Below are positions 39,245-52,593 of a DNA stretch of 55,208 nt, piece by piece. The notes under the pieces were generated by a model. The model did not search any database. It saw only the letters and a list, made by a program, of their open reading frames with translations, and was not told where the DNA came from. Every line of letters starts with the position of its first letter. The first letter of the stretch is position 1. The translations under genes were made by a program, and so were the position numbers. The DNA comes from Girardia tigrina (lineage: Eukaryota), in the NCBI GenBank assembly GCA_001938485.1, contig MQRK01228686.1, forward strand, positions 62,001 to 117,208, written 5' to 3'.

Positions 39245-40390
39245 TCCACGATCGGTTCTAATCTTTATTTGTTTCTGTGAAACCTTATCGTACTTTCCCA
39301 TTTTCTTATGATAATAGTGCTAACATTTTGGTTTCGTTTTTTCGTTTCACGATTCTGGTCTCACAGGGTCAAGTTGTTCTGCTGCACTTCATTCGGTTTC
39401 GCATCACTGTACCAGTCAAAAAGCGGGGTACAAATCTGAAGAACAGTTTTTTGATAACCGCAGATTTCAATTTGGCGTGAGCTATACCAACATTGATGTT
39501 TGCCTTCGTTGACAGCATTTTCATGGTAATTTGACGCTCTTCTCAGACCATCTTCTCCAATTTTTCATCAACTGTGTCAAAAATTTACTTAGGTTTTCTG
39601 ATTTTTCTTGATCAAAAATGGAATTGTGACAACCCTTAAAACTCTTTGATTCAATATTTAACACTTGTCACATATACTGAGTCATATAAGTAAATTAAAT
39701 GCAACAGATCGTAGATTTCACTGTCTTCTTCTGCAACACAAAGAACTTGATAACGCTACAGTAATCGACATCTGAAATCATAGTTCTAACCTAAAGGGTA
39801 ACTAGTAGAAAAACAAAGGCTTACAAAAATGCACCGAAGTTCTTCCTCTGTTTTTCGCTCATATGACTGAAAGTCAGTTTAACACTGTGTGTAATAAACT
39901 GAAGAATATTGATGTGCCCGCTGCCCAAATACGTAAGAAAGGAATAGGTAGAAAACAAAAACTTCACTCCAGTTAAACAAACCGTGCTCAGAATAACAGT
40001 CACTCCAGAAAACAGTCCTCGATGTTGGCACAGCAGTCATAGGACAAATTGCACCTACATTGCATATTTCAAAGAATCAAAATTCAATATTTTAAAGAAA
40101 AGTCGCTTGAAATGTTACTGCAAAATCAAATGTCCTAAACTGACGGAATGTCGAAAGTGTTGCAACAATGATGAAGGACATTTTGAAAAGTCTGAACAGC
40201 AAGCTTATTTATGTAAATATAATTCTTTGCTTTTATTCCGTGTTTAATGAAATACATTTTGGTTTTATAAAATCCTTTGGTTTTCTACTGGGTTAGTTTA
40301 CTCTGTTTATTAATTTATTTAATCACACAAAAAATCAAATTTGCTATTAAATTTTTTACCTTAGTTCGAGTACTTATTGAACGCACCACG
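39245..40390 (-). mobile_element. mariner 5' half, same family as 6013-7187, with a ~470-bp foreign insert
   Basis: Shared GAACAGTTTT.TGATAACCG, TTTTCATCAACTGTGTCAAAA and AAAGAACTTGATAA; TIR TTAGTTCGAGTACTTATTGAACGCACCACG|TA. Confidence 0.8.
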
Positions 40391-41419
40391 TATGTCTTAC
40401 TATTGATACCCAATCGTTCGAGTGAACACCAAAAGATGGATCCTCCGGTAATGTCTAAAAAGAGAGGAACACAGAAGAAAGTACCAAAATTAATAAAGAA
40501 ATATAAATATAGAATTTTCATTTTAATATAGATACGAATAAGGATCTCTAATTTCCCCTAAAATAAGATTTAAATTGAAACCACAATTAATTTTTATTTC
40601 CCGAAATGTACTTTCTTCTTCGCTTGCCGAACAAACTCTTTCATTCTTCCTTCGACAATCGACATTCAGCGGGGCAATGGCATTTGGGAAATTTGCACTT
40701 TTAAATGTTTGTTTTAATGGGAGAAATTAATTTTTTTGTAATTTACTCTTTACAAGTTGTTAATTTTTGTTTGTCAATTTGTTTTAATCAACAACATTTA
40801 CTTTTTATAGAATTTTCTTACTCTTTTTTCTTTTGTTTTTTAATGGTTTCTATTGTATCGGTAATGTGGGAAAGATTACTTTCTATCAATCATTCCTCTT
40901 TGGACTTTTTCTTTCCAGCAACTGAAATTCGTTAATTAATTATGTACGATATTTTAATTAATTATTACCGACAACGGAACAAATGTTTATTGTTGATTAT
41001 TTTATATTTACGACAACGGGGATTTTTATTTTTAAATATTTATACATAAATCTTGAAAATAATTTTTAATACAATGGAACGATTGTTCAATTACAACAAT
41101 TCTTTGTAGACTTTCTGGTGCTATTCTCTTTCTTATTCTTATTAATATTATTATTATTATTAATATTGTTGTAGGAGATAAAAATATTGCCGTGGAATTC
41201 TTTTTTTATTAATTGTAAATTAAAATAATTAGAATACAAAATCATGACGAATTGTTGTAAAAATAATTATTTTTTTGGGCAGAGGAAAATTCGATTTAAA
41301 TAAATATTTTATTATTATTATTGAAGAAAGTTAATTAATTTTTATAAATTTATTTTTGAAATTTTATATTTAATTGACTTAATTTTATTTGATTGTTTTG
41401 ATTAGTGATTGAATTCATA

Positions 41420-41728
41420 TGAGTCTCTCTTTTTCCCGATCATGTGGATCATAGTGTTGAGGCTTGTTAGGTCAGGCGTGTTTGTCAGGCAGTTGTCAAT
41501 GTGGTTGAATGTTGACTTGTGGGTCGCATCGTACATACGTGTCACGGCCTGGAAAAGCTCTTGTCCCATGATGTGCAAGATCTGCAATTTAATCTTCTCA
41601 AAGTTGATCTCAATGATCCTCTTGTCGAAATCCACACAGATCAAGTGTGGACAATCCACCATAAAGTTCTTTTGATGAGCTGGTGCAGTAAGCAGTTCTT
41701 GTCGATGATCATTTAACCGAAAACATAA
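41420..41728 (-). pseudogene. RAB14: Rab14 small GTPase intronless pseudogene fragment
   Basis: KNCLLHQL..(frameshift)FMVDCPHLICVDFDKRIIEINFEKIKLQI..GQELFQAVTR-MYDATHKSTFNHIDNCLT..LTSLNTMIHMIGKKRD matches recalled Rab14 [32 protein letters not shown]; P-loop partly deleted and about 11 codons deleted. Confidence 0.9.
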
Positions 41729-42204
41729 GAATAATATTAATTCTGACTTTCACAAACATAGATCAAATGGTACGCGTTAAATCAAAGATCTTCCTGTGTA
41801 TTTCGATATACTATACAACTGTCATTCCTTAAAAGTAATTCTTTCTTGGATTTAATACGATCCAATTCAATTTACTGCTTAAATAGGAATTCAAGCAGAT
41901 TTTTTTGTTTTTCGATTGTAAAAGTCCAAACATTCTCTCAGAAAATTTCGAACAGTTAAAAGTTTGAATTTGTGAACCACCAATTTGAAGCAACTCATGA
42001 TCGAGCCACACTGAAAATTCGATATTTGAAGAACATATGGATTGTTGATCAACAAAATTTTGAAAATTAAAATGTAATAAAAACGAGTAGGCCTATTCTC
42101 CAAGATTAGGAATAATGCTATTAATATCATTTATGCCTCTTTCAGAAAATTCTGATTAAGATTTTTCGTAGATATTTAACATTGGATTATTTATGAAAAA
42201 TATA

Positions 42205-43193
42205 TTAGGTTGATAGAAAAATAATGGTGGTTTTTGAGCTTTATACTTTGTTTATCTACTTTGATATGTATATAAGTTTAAATGCATTAGTGTTAGATAT
42301 TATTTTAAATCTTATGCCTAGCTGTATATTCCTATAGCCATTATTAANNNNNNNNNNNNNNNNNNNNNNNNNNNNNNNNNNNNNNNNNNNNNNNNNNNNN
42401 NNNNNNNNNNNNNNNNNNNNNNNNNNNNNNNNNNNNNNNNNNNNNNNNNNNNNNNNNNNNNNNNNNNNNNNNNNNNNNNNNNNNNNNNNNNNNNNNNNNN
42501 NNNNNNNNNNNNNNNNNNNNNNNNNNNNNNNNNNNNNNNNNNNNNNNNNNNNNNNNNNNNNNNNNNNNNNNNNNNNNNNNNNNNNNNNNNNNNNNNNNNN
42601 NNNNNNNNNNNNNNNNNNNNNNNNNNNNNNNNNNNNNNNNNNNNNNNNNNNNNNNNNNNNNNNNNNNNNNNNNNNNNNNNNNNNNNNNNNNNNNNNNNNN
42701 NNNNNNNNNNNNNNNNNNNNNNNNNNNNNNNNNNNNNNNNNNNNNNNNNNNNNNNNNNNNNNNNAAAAATTGAAAACCCTTTGTCCGGGATTGGTCAATC
42801 GAAAAAGTCCCATCCTTCTTCATGATAACGCTAGACCTCATATTTCAAAAGTGACTCTTCAAAAGTTTAATGAGTTGGGCTATAAAACCCTGCTTCATCC
42901 ACCATATTCAACAGACCTCTCGCCAACGGACTTCTACTTTTTCAGGCATTTGTACAACTTCCTACGTGAAAAAATTTTCAAAAACCAAATGATGCTCAAA
43001 ATGCCTTCCAAGAATTCGTCGCTTCGAGAACCGATGCATTTTATGCTGATGGAATNNNNNNNNTTGTTTCTCGTTGGCAAAAATGTATTGATGCCAACGG
43101 TTCATACTTTGATTAATAAACTTTTGTTTCTGTGAATTTGCACGTCTTTGAAGTTTGTGTCCAAAAACCGCCATTATTTTTCGACCAACCTAA
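42205..43193 (+). mobile_element. mariner element (cecropia/Hsmar1-like) with both TIRs; gap 42348-42764
   Basis: TA|TTAGGTTGATAGAAAAATAATGG ... CCATTATTTTTCGACCAACCTAA|TA; LLHDNARPH, HPPYSTDLSPTDFYFFRHL, RWQKCIDANGSYFD. Confidence 0.95.
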
Positions 43194-43479
43194 TACTATA
43201 ATCGTTCCATAATTTGACACTAATAAAAATTTGACTTCTATTAAACCATTTTTCGTGTGAATGGTTTCTGGTATTTCTTTAACGATTCAATTTAAATTCT
43301 ACTCCTTGTAGGCTAAATTTATCGAAAATTTTTACAGCAATTTTTTTAAAGTTTGAATTGGTTAATTTCTTTAAAAAAGCCAATATACACTATGAGGGGT
43401 TAATTTAAATTTTCATCTCACCAGAATTATTTATTATATTTTTAAAAGGTAAAATATTTTAATGTTAATATGCTTATTC

Positions 43480-43740
43480 AATATTTTAAAATTAAAAATG
43501 ATATAATAAAACAACTATAAAAATCAAATATGTATTTAAAAATAAAATATGTTTTTAATGTGTTTTTTAAATATTTTAAAAAGAATTAAAAATGATATAA
43601 TAAAAGAAAATCATAAAAAAATAAATATCTATCTAAAAAATAAAAAATATCTTTTTAATGTATCTATTAAATATCTTAAAATTAAAAATGATAAGAAAAC
43701 CATTAAATATTAAATATTTATTTATAAATAAAAATATTTT
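43480..43740 (+). repeat. degenerate AT-rich tandem repeat, about 3 x 95 bp
   Basis: AATTAAAAATGATA recurs at about 43490, 43584 and 43680 with similar downstream sequence. Confidence 0.65.
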
Positions 43741-45149
43741 TATTGTCATAACAATTTATATATTTTAATAGAAGTATTAAGCAATTTAAATAAATTTTTA
43801 GTTTTAATGTGAAATGTATTTAATAACTTTGCAAGATTTTAAAAATTGAATCGAAAAGAATTTAATAGATTAATTTGTGGCGAGATAATTAAATTAACAG
43901 AAAAATTTGTTTTATATATGTGAATTGTTGTTATATAAATAAAGTTTGGTGTTAAAAAAATGAATTCTGATATTGATGTTGCAAGCACCTCTCATATACA
44001 CGAAACAATCTTTACTTCTTTTTAATAAAAATATGTTTCTATGTAACTATTTCAATAAACAAAACATACAAAAATTTTCCAAAAATCAAATTAATAAGAA
44101 ATTACTGAAAGAATTAAAAAAAACAACTAAAACATCCACAATTGGCAATAAGAACTAATCAAAACACAAAATTTTCATTTTAAAATATTATGTATAATGC
44201 CAAAGATATTTTTAGAGAGAAATCTTTACAAAAAATTAACATTTACAACACTAAAAATACACTAATAATAATGAGACACGAAAGAAAAATTAATGAGATG
44301 AGCACAGGGATATGGCAGCGCCACCATGGATTTTTGAAAAGTTTTTTCTTGCTATTGATAGGGAAAGAGTGAACGTAAACCTTTTAAGGAAGGTCTTCCA
44401 AATCATATTTCTTTAAACTTAGCAAATATTCTTTTTAATTTCTTTTTCGTCTTGAGTAATAATGTTTTATAATAAAATGAATTTTTATAACATTATTTTC
44501 ATAAATATTATAAAATATTAAATATTTTTTTAATATTCTTTATTTTTCTAAAGAGAAAATCAAAAAGTATTTAAATTAATTTTATAAAACCAATTGAAAT
44601 AAAAACGATATTCGGATATCTTTCCATCTTTTTGATCATAATCGACTACTTTAACAATAAATATAGAAATCGATAATCTAAATGAAAAAAATATATAAAT
44701 TTATTTATTTTTGTATTATATTATACATTTATTTTTTAAATTAAAAACGGTTAATTTTGATTTAATTTGAGTTTTTATCTGTTAGAAATTAATCCATGAT
44801 ATTAATGTTGGGGAGCTTTCAAAAATAAAAAAATATAATTTTGTTCTTCATTTAAATTAATAAATTAATAAAATAAAACTAATTTCTTAATATCTTTGCA
44901 TATAATGCGAACCTGTTTACAGAAAAAATGCATAGAAATTGTAATTGTATGTTACACGTGAATGCAGAAATGTTCCATTCCTTTTTTATGAAGAATAGCA
45001 GATTTAATAACCATTTTTTGTGACGTGCACTTACAAACTTAATGCTTTTCCATTCTTTTTGTTCAATTCCTTTTATTAGCTTACTTTCTATTTACTATCC
45101 AAATTTTCAAATTTGGAAATAAATATGTGCATTTTTTATTGTATTTTCC

Positions 45150-45240
45150 ATTTAGCGTAAAAAATGTAAAAAAATGTGCGTAAACGTTGTAAAATTAGCG
45201 TAAATTTTGTAAAATTAACGTGTGAATTGTAGTACTCCCA
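45150..45240 (-). repeat. DNA-transposon end with ~20-bp subterminal tandem units
   Basis: Four units of the form TTAGCGTAAAxxxTGTAAAA ending in GTAGTACTCCC. Confidence 0.5.
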
Positions 45241-47283
45241 TTATTTTTATACATTTTACGAACTCCGAGCGTACCAGTGAATACATCCATTTGTCAGTTT
45301 TGCCCAATTCTTCGGTATCTCTTTGGCTAATTCTTCTCGTCGAGGGTTACGGCAATTGTATCAAGTTTAATTTAATTATCTCTTTATTTCTATTATTGGA
45401 GAATAATAAATTTGTTAATGATTTTATTCTGATAAAATAAGTTGATATTTTCGATAAAGGTTTCTTACAAATGTAACAATTGTAACAATATCAATATTAA
45501 TATATAAAATAATGAATATACAATTAGGAGAACACAATACTAATGGCAAATAATTTTATGAAAACAATTTGATACTCTTATATCTTTAGCTTAGACGAAG
45601 CCAATCTTTTAAAAATATGATAAACTTTTTGAAAATCTTAAAAAATGTAAAATGCAGAATAATATGAAAGAAGAGCAATTTGTACATTTATTAAAAATTT
45701 AAGAATTACTTTAGAAATACTTATGAACAGAGAAATGGAAAACTTATTAACAATTAGAGGAACGAAAGGAATTTTCGGTGTCATACGCTCTTAGAATACC
45801 GATATTAAAGAAACTTAGGGATCTTTGAAAGTGACCACCTCCCAGGACGCTCCTTTCATTTCAGCGAAATAGTTTCGAAAATTCCCATTCAAAACATCAC
45901 TATACGATAGTCGTACATCAGAGATGTTATTCGATATGTGTAACAGTAACTGTATCAATATCGGCGTTACTCAAACAAACATTTTAACCTTTTCTTTTTA
46001 AAATTCTTTATCTTATTCTTTTTATACATTCCTTTATAAGACAAGTTAGATTTAATTATTCATAATGATTTATTATGCATGTATGCCTGTGTATATTTAT
46101 AAGCTCTGATAACGTGTTCAACATTGGTGTTTCCTATGCTCAGACGTCTTACTATTCTCAATCTTCACACTGTATCCATGGTCTTTAATATTATATACGC
46201 AATGATAAGCGAAGTACGAATGTAAATCCAAACTGCCAGAGATTTATTGTAACGTGGAAGGAAGATCTTAAAAAACAAATCATCTTAACAAGTTCTAAAA
46301 ATAAATGTAAAACAGAAATCTATTAAAATTTATTCTTAACTTTTCTGAATAATCGAAAACAAATAGTTTCTAAAGAATTAGTTTAAAAATGTCAGAGTGA
46401 AGCAAGGGTCAAGTACCTTTGCGCCTTCATAACTCACAAGCAGTGATGAAATAACATTTAAAACTGAAATACAGAAAACATCAACCAAACGACTGTTGAA
46501 AGGCTTTCTAAGCTTACATTTGCATAATTCAATTGTCGTTTTGTATATTGAAATACAGAATTTGAAAGGCCTCTATTTCAAAGGTGCAATGGTTATTGTT
46601 GAGTGGCCGTGCTTGCACTAAGTACCCTACAAGGTCGAAGAAAGTTGTTCTTTCTTTATGTTCTTGAAGGTGTCGTAAGAATAGAACCTTTATGTTTGAT
46701 AAACAACCCTTAACACCAACCTTCAAGTTTAACAATAAAATTACTTACAAAAACAGAAATGGAGAACCATAAATATTTTCTGGGTCAAAACCTTTACCAA
46801 ATTTTGTATAAGTTAACACGAAAGCTCATTGACAAAATAATACAGCAGGGATTTGTGCGGCGTGAACTCTCAAAATTCATCTATATTTTATCACATAATT
46901 GTTTTTATTTATGTCTCGACAATCAAAATTTTGGTCTCGTTTTACTGAATAAACGAAATTCAGATGATAAAGTTCAAATGAAGCAGAAACATTCACCCTA
47001 TTTAACGGAATAATATTGAAATCACTGAACTGCACTACTGATTTTTTCCAACATAGAAAAATAAAACAAAACGAATTATATATGTTTAAGGTGTATAGAA
47101 TAATAATTGAAAATTAATGAAAGACGTCGTCGATTTTTCAACAGTGTTTTTTTTCAATAAATGTGATTTCTATTCAGCTTTTCACAGGGTTAACGTATCT
47201 TAGGTACCAGTGACTATGACATTCAGTACTGGAATTTCCCGTGGTTGGTAACATAAGAGCTCAAACCAGGTATTCGTTTCATA

Positions 47284-49010
47284 CGTAGTGCGTCTATTAA
47301 ATACCCGGAATAAAGGTCTAATAATCAGGGCCGCCGCGTACGATTGTTCATATTGTGCCCCGCACAAGGGCGCCGAGTGAAAAAGGCGCCTTTTTCACTC
47401 AGCGCCAACTCACTAAATAAAAAAATATAAATATAAAAAAATTAAATGATAAAAAAGAAAAAGTGACAAATATGGATTTATCAGAGAGTAAATATGTAAA
47501 AAGTATTTTGATTTTCGAGTGATGAATAATTATAAAGTAATCTAATTCTTAATCTATGTTTGAGACAAGCAAATTGTATTGATTGCTTAGATTTAGTATT
47601 ATATATTGTATGTATATAACCCATGCCTGTATATTATCGTATTATATAACCAGTAATTATTTTATAAAATAAAAGTATTCATTGGAAATATTCTAATGTT
47701 TAAATTCATACCAAGTCATAGTTTTTGACATGGGGGTTCAGTTCGGTGAAGGGCGCTGAAAATAATCTGGTACAAAGGCGCCTCTTACCCACGCGGCGGC
47801 CCTGCTAATAATATATCAATTTAAATAGATATTTTGTAATATATTCCTTGAGTAACTAAAATACAATTTGTTTTACGGTAGCATCTGCATTTGGTCTAAT
47901 TTTTGCGGACATTAAAATTTTCGTCATAATCATGTATTCTCCCGACGAATTTCGCAGTATAGTAAAGTTTCTTGTTTTGATGTTGTTGGTGAAGGAAATT
48001 ATTGAAGAATTGAGGAATGTATACTAGATGAAAGGTCACCCAAAACCCCTATTTATGACTGGATTGCACAATCTAACTATGATAGACAGATTGATTTTGA
48101 TTTGAAAAGTGCCGGAAGACCTTTGGAAATTTGAGAAAATATTAAAGAGAAATATGAAAATATTGTCAAATTTGACAGACTCATCACAAGAGGAATGCTC
48201 TGTGGCAGTCTGAATAGGTGGGAAGAAAGTTTGGATTCCTTAATTAAGTCTATGTTTCTGAGAAAATTTTCTTCTCGTATTGTTCCACGCTTCCTAACAA
48301 GAAAACAGACTCAGATCATGTCATCCAATCTCATAGGTTTACTGAACAACATCGTGACAGTTTACGAAACCCCGCTTTCTCTCTATCTACCTGACACTAA
48401 ACAGTAGTATAAAGAGTCAAAATTCCCAAAAAAGACGAGCAAAAGAAGCTACGAGCATGAACTTGCAACAGGGAATCTCTCATGCTAACGATTTTTTGAG
48501 ATTTCCAATATATTTTGCTGACAAGGATGTGAAAATTAACTCCTATTACTATGTTGAGCCCGTTCAGAAAGCCATGAAACTCTATACGAAAATCCCGAAA
48601 ATACAATCTATTTTTTCTTCAAGAATACACTCAAGTATATTATTTACAAGCAAAGTCGTGAAGATGGGTATCCAGAACCTCATCAAACCATCTATATTCA
48701 CCATTCCTTGTTCTGAATGATTTTTATTTGCTCTTCCATCTCAATAAACACCTACGAGGTAGAACTTTCACCTCAAAAGCAGAATCAAAAGTGGTCTTGC
48801 AAGAATTCCTGGAAAATAAATCCACCATTTTCTACGAAAATGCAATCTTACAGCTGGTAAGACACTGAAATTATGGTGTAGAGAATGCTGAGTACTATAT
48901 TGAAAATAAATACATTATATACATACATACCAATGTTGGTTAAACAAATTATGCATATGTCCATGTTCTTTTCTACTACATTCCAGGTCTTTTATATCAG
49001 TTTAGACTAT
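47284..49010 (+). mobile_element. degenerate mariner element hosting the hAT MITE
   Basis: MYSPDEFRSIVKFL, KSAGRP, SSRIVPRFLT (equivalent to WVPRxLT), IVTVYETPLSLYLPDTKQ (equivalent to IVTGDETW..Y.P); C-terminal LVRH*NYGVENAEYYIEN. Confidence 0.75.
47326..47804. mobile_element. hAT MITE
   Basis: Perfect 14-bp TIR CAGGGCCGCCGCGT / ACGCGGCGGCCCTG; perfect 8-bp TSD CTAATAAT; GGCGCC subterminal motifs. Confidence 0.95.
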
Positions 49011-49306
49011 TGAACATTTTTATTCATATTTCCTTTTTTAAATTGATGTAAAATTATAACAAATATCACGAAAAACGTTTTACAAATTATTTGTAGATTC
49101 AAGCGGTCTCATAAAAACGCGATTTAACTTCAATACAGTGACAATTTTGAGGAAACCCTTATATAACACGAAAATTGTATGACCCGGTTTCATTATAATA
49201 CGATTTTTATCACATAAACAAGTGGTCTCCTAATAACACAGTAGTTACTATATTGATATAAAATTTAAATTATCAATAATAAATACCATTTTTACATCAA
49301 TCTAAT

Positions 49307-50150
49307 TAGGGCATTCAATACCGGTAAAATTTTTTAATACCGGTATTTCGGTACTCAAAAATATCAATATCGGTACTACCGGTATAATATCAGTCTTAAA
49401 AATAAAAAAAATAATTAAAATATGAATAAAATCTCGAATAAATAGTAAAAATTTACAGTAATTCAATAGACTTTTTTATTTTATATCAAAATTACGGATT
49501 TTCTTTCATTTTGTGCTTTTTTTCTCCTTTGTAAAATATGTCCGTAAGAAACATAGAGCATCCAGAGTGTCATCCTGATCGTAATTTGGTGACAAAGTTG
49601 CCACTTGCCGAAAATCAACGCTCCGATTCGACACTTGTTGGCTTTATTGTTTTCAAGTATTCGTAGGAGTTTTTCAAATATGTTCCACTTCCGCGAGTTC
49701 CTTCTTCTTCGAAAACTGCAATCTCCTTGCGGATTTTTTTTATAAGTCTTTCGAAACGTTTGATCTCCCCTTATTTTTACACTTCTTATCATTTAAAATT
49801 GCCATGTCAAGCTTTTCTTTCAATGACAAGTTTGCAGTGCTGTTAATAAAATCGCTATCAGATGAAAAGCTGGTGTAAAGGAGATGCTCGTCTGCTCACT
49901 GATTGAGCCGCTCATTCAGTCGAACTATGGCGTTTACAATTAGATTATCTAATTTTAAATTTGAATTTTGGATTTATCACAAAAAAAATCTTTATTTACC
50001 AATCAATAAAATACAAATTGACTTTTTACTAATTGAGAGAAAAAAATGCTTTTCATGAAGCATAGATTTTCAGAAAAAAACTGATATTAATTTGTTAACA
50101 GCATCGAACAGTTTCTGTGAATCTAAGTATCGTCAAAATATGTTTAAAAA
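49307..50150 (-). mobile_element. hAT element 3' end with C-terminal dimerization domain remnant
   Basis: Minus frame YEYLKTIKPTSVESER*FSASGNFVTKLRS; terminus TAGGGCATTCAATACCGG with repeated AATACCGGTA subterminal motifs. Confidence 0.85.
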
Positions 50151-50379
50151 TCTTATTCTTCGTTATTGAGTGCTTTCACCTTGTGGTGCTCTGACAAAAC
50201 CACAAAAATTAAATTAATGATAAATATTAAAGAAAATTCTGTTCTTTAAATACACAAATGGAATGATACAATTTTGAAATAATGTAAATCTATGTGAAAT
50301 TTGAATGTAAAAGAAATAAACGTCTATAAATCGTTTTTTATTCCCTTTCACCGCATCATTTTGCTATAAACTGTGTTAG

Positions 50380-50736
50380 CAAACTCGAAAGCGACATCCG
50401 CTAAACCGTGTTGCTTTGCAGTGGATGAAACCGGTCGGGCATGTTTTACTGCCGCCTCATTCGGTTAATCGGTACACGAACGATTCACTCGAACTCATCG
50501 AGTGGACCATCGGGCACAAACTGATGGACCGACCGAACCAATCGTTATCCGAGATGGGACCGACCATCACGCGGATGGCGACACAGCACGGGGAGTTCTC
50601 ACTAACTGGTCAGAAAACCGATATTCGATTTTTTTGGTTTGTTTTCGAAAATGATATTTTGGAAACAGCTGCAGACCCCTTGCAAACGTCTCACGCCCCC
50701 CTTGGGTGGCCGCGCCCCACAGGTTGGAAACCACTG
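50380..50736 (-). mobile_element. hAT (Charlie-like) element end
   Basis: Reverse complement terminus CAGTGGTTTCCAACCTGTGGGGCGCGGCCACCCAAGGGGG; GC-rich subterminal region with GGACCGACC motifs; partner end not found. Confidence 0.65.
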
Positions 50737-52332
50737 GATTAAATAATTCATTTTATGATAATGTATTTTCAAATTCAATACTGAAAAACTAATGAAAGAA
50801 ACTATTTATGGATTTATTTGTATTTTTTAATAAACCGACATCATGGGGCTCTACAAACATCCCGAAACATGGATTGACGGTCGTGAAAGACAGAACTGAA
50901 AGAAAAATTCCAGAATATCTGGACGAAGCTCGTCGAGAACGTGGTGATCACAAACGAAGTGGTGTGACAGAAAGACGACAGTAACGGTCCTGTCACTCTC
51001 AATCTCCAAGGAAGAATCGAAAATATCGGACTGCCGATCGATTTCCGGCCGGGAATGATGGTCGCACTAAGTTCAGGGAGGCAGAGTGGCCTTTATCTCT
51101 TTTCTTTGGAAAGACAGTATGATATCGAACCAGAGTTGGTATATCGGAGGTGCCAGTGACACACTAGAAAATTTATCTCATCTTTTGAGCCGTGTGCTAT
51201 AAACCAAGTGGATCAATCATGGAATTTTGTTTATCGTTTGGTGCGGGGAAGGATAAGTTTTAATTTTTCTTTAGAAATGAATGAGGAAGCGCTGATGAGG
51301 CTCGTGTTGAAGCAACTAAAAATGAGGTTATAGAATCAGTTTGAATTTTGAATTGATAGTTGGCTTTTTCGGTTTAAAATATCGGTGCATGGGGGCAAAA
51401 AGTACCATTCAACCGAATTTTAATCGATCGAGGAAATTTAATAAGCTGTGTAGTCAAACCCGTGTCATCAAATGGACTAATTCCGACGGCCAGGGATGAA
51501 GAGCTTAAAGAGACCGTTAAAGACCAAGTATATGCTGTGCTATCGATGACTAGATATAGTGAGTAGAATGATATCTATCTGTTGGATCAAAATGAAAAAT
51601 CCGGTTATGATACCGGTGATTGATTTCTTCTATATGCCTTAATGGCAAGGAGGTGTATGGATTTGTTTTAAAAAACCAAAATAGGTGTTTGTTTTAGATT
51701 TAAAAATAAATTTTCTTGGCTTTACTCACCGTGCTGTTGCTTTTTTTAATCAAACTAATTACAAGTTTACTGATGTCCAAGATCAAACTGGCAAACTGAT
51801 AATAGCTGTCGGATATCTTTTTGAGATGGGTTTAAAGTATTTTAAAATTCTTTTTTAAAAGCATTAAATAATAATATAAATGTAAAGATTATATCAGATG
51901 ATATAAAGATGATACCCAAAACATTGAAAGAATGTTGGTCAATAAATATTCAACATAGCGTGTTTTCTAATATCGTTTACCAATACACATGCAATGATTG
52001 TAACACCGCATACATACTCAAGCATGTAATAATGTTGTTAAATATTCGAAAGTAAATTTGTTTAAATAAGTGATAAAAAAACAAATTGAATTTTTGTGTT
52101 GTACTTAAATAAACTTTGTTGTTCTATTTCTGGTGAAACTACAAAGCACTGTGGAAGCAATTAAGCACTAGTAAAAATATTAATTTCAAAATATTCATGC
52201 AACAAACAGGTGCCTCTTCAATATCTCTCTTTATGAGGTTTTATAGGACCAATTTCTTAGTTATCATTTTGAAAATATTTTGTATTGAATTCTTCATTAC
52301 GGTGATTATTAAATATATTATTTTCTCTGGAC

Positions 52333-52593
52333 TTAACAAAATAATTTAACGCGGATAAATTCAAAATATTTGTGCGGTCGATTTAGTTGGGCTGCGTCGA
52401 AAATTTTAGTATCTTTATAAGTGACGAGTCTGAATCCGCGAGATTTGCCATTTTTACTCATTCTCATCATCGTGGCATCGACCAGTTCGCCCCATTGATC
52501 GAAATGCGAATTAAGTGTCTTTGTCACGAAATCCGATTCACCGATGAAATGATTTCGAAATGGTTCCGAAGAGCGATCGTTTCTATTCAACAT
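52333..52593 (-). pseudogene. hnRNP A/B-family RRM1 pseudogene fragment
   Basis: EPFRNHFIG..FVT-KTLNSHFDQWGELVDATMMR...KSRGFRLVTY....DAAQLNRPHK matches recalled hnRNP A1 RRM1 (LRSHFEQWGTLTDCVVMRD..RSRGFGFVTY..DAAMNARPHK); RNP motifs are damaged and the match ends after RPHK. Confidence 0.85.

Noticed and set aside
45150-45240. Regularly spaced short repeats as a CRISPR-like array
   Set aside because: Tandem degenerate units without unique spacers, in a eukaryotic context with no cas genes; this fits transposon subterminal repeats.
51290-51320. CTGATGAG hammerhead-like core
   Set aside because: No GAAA after a closable stem II and no stem I.
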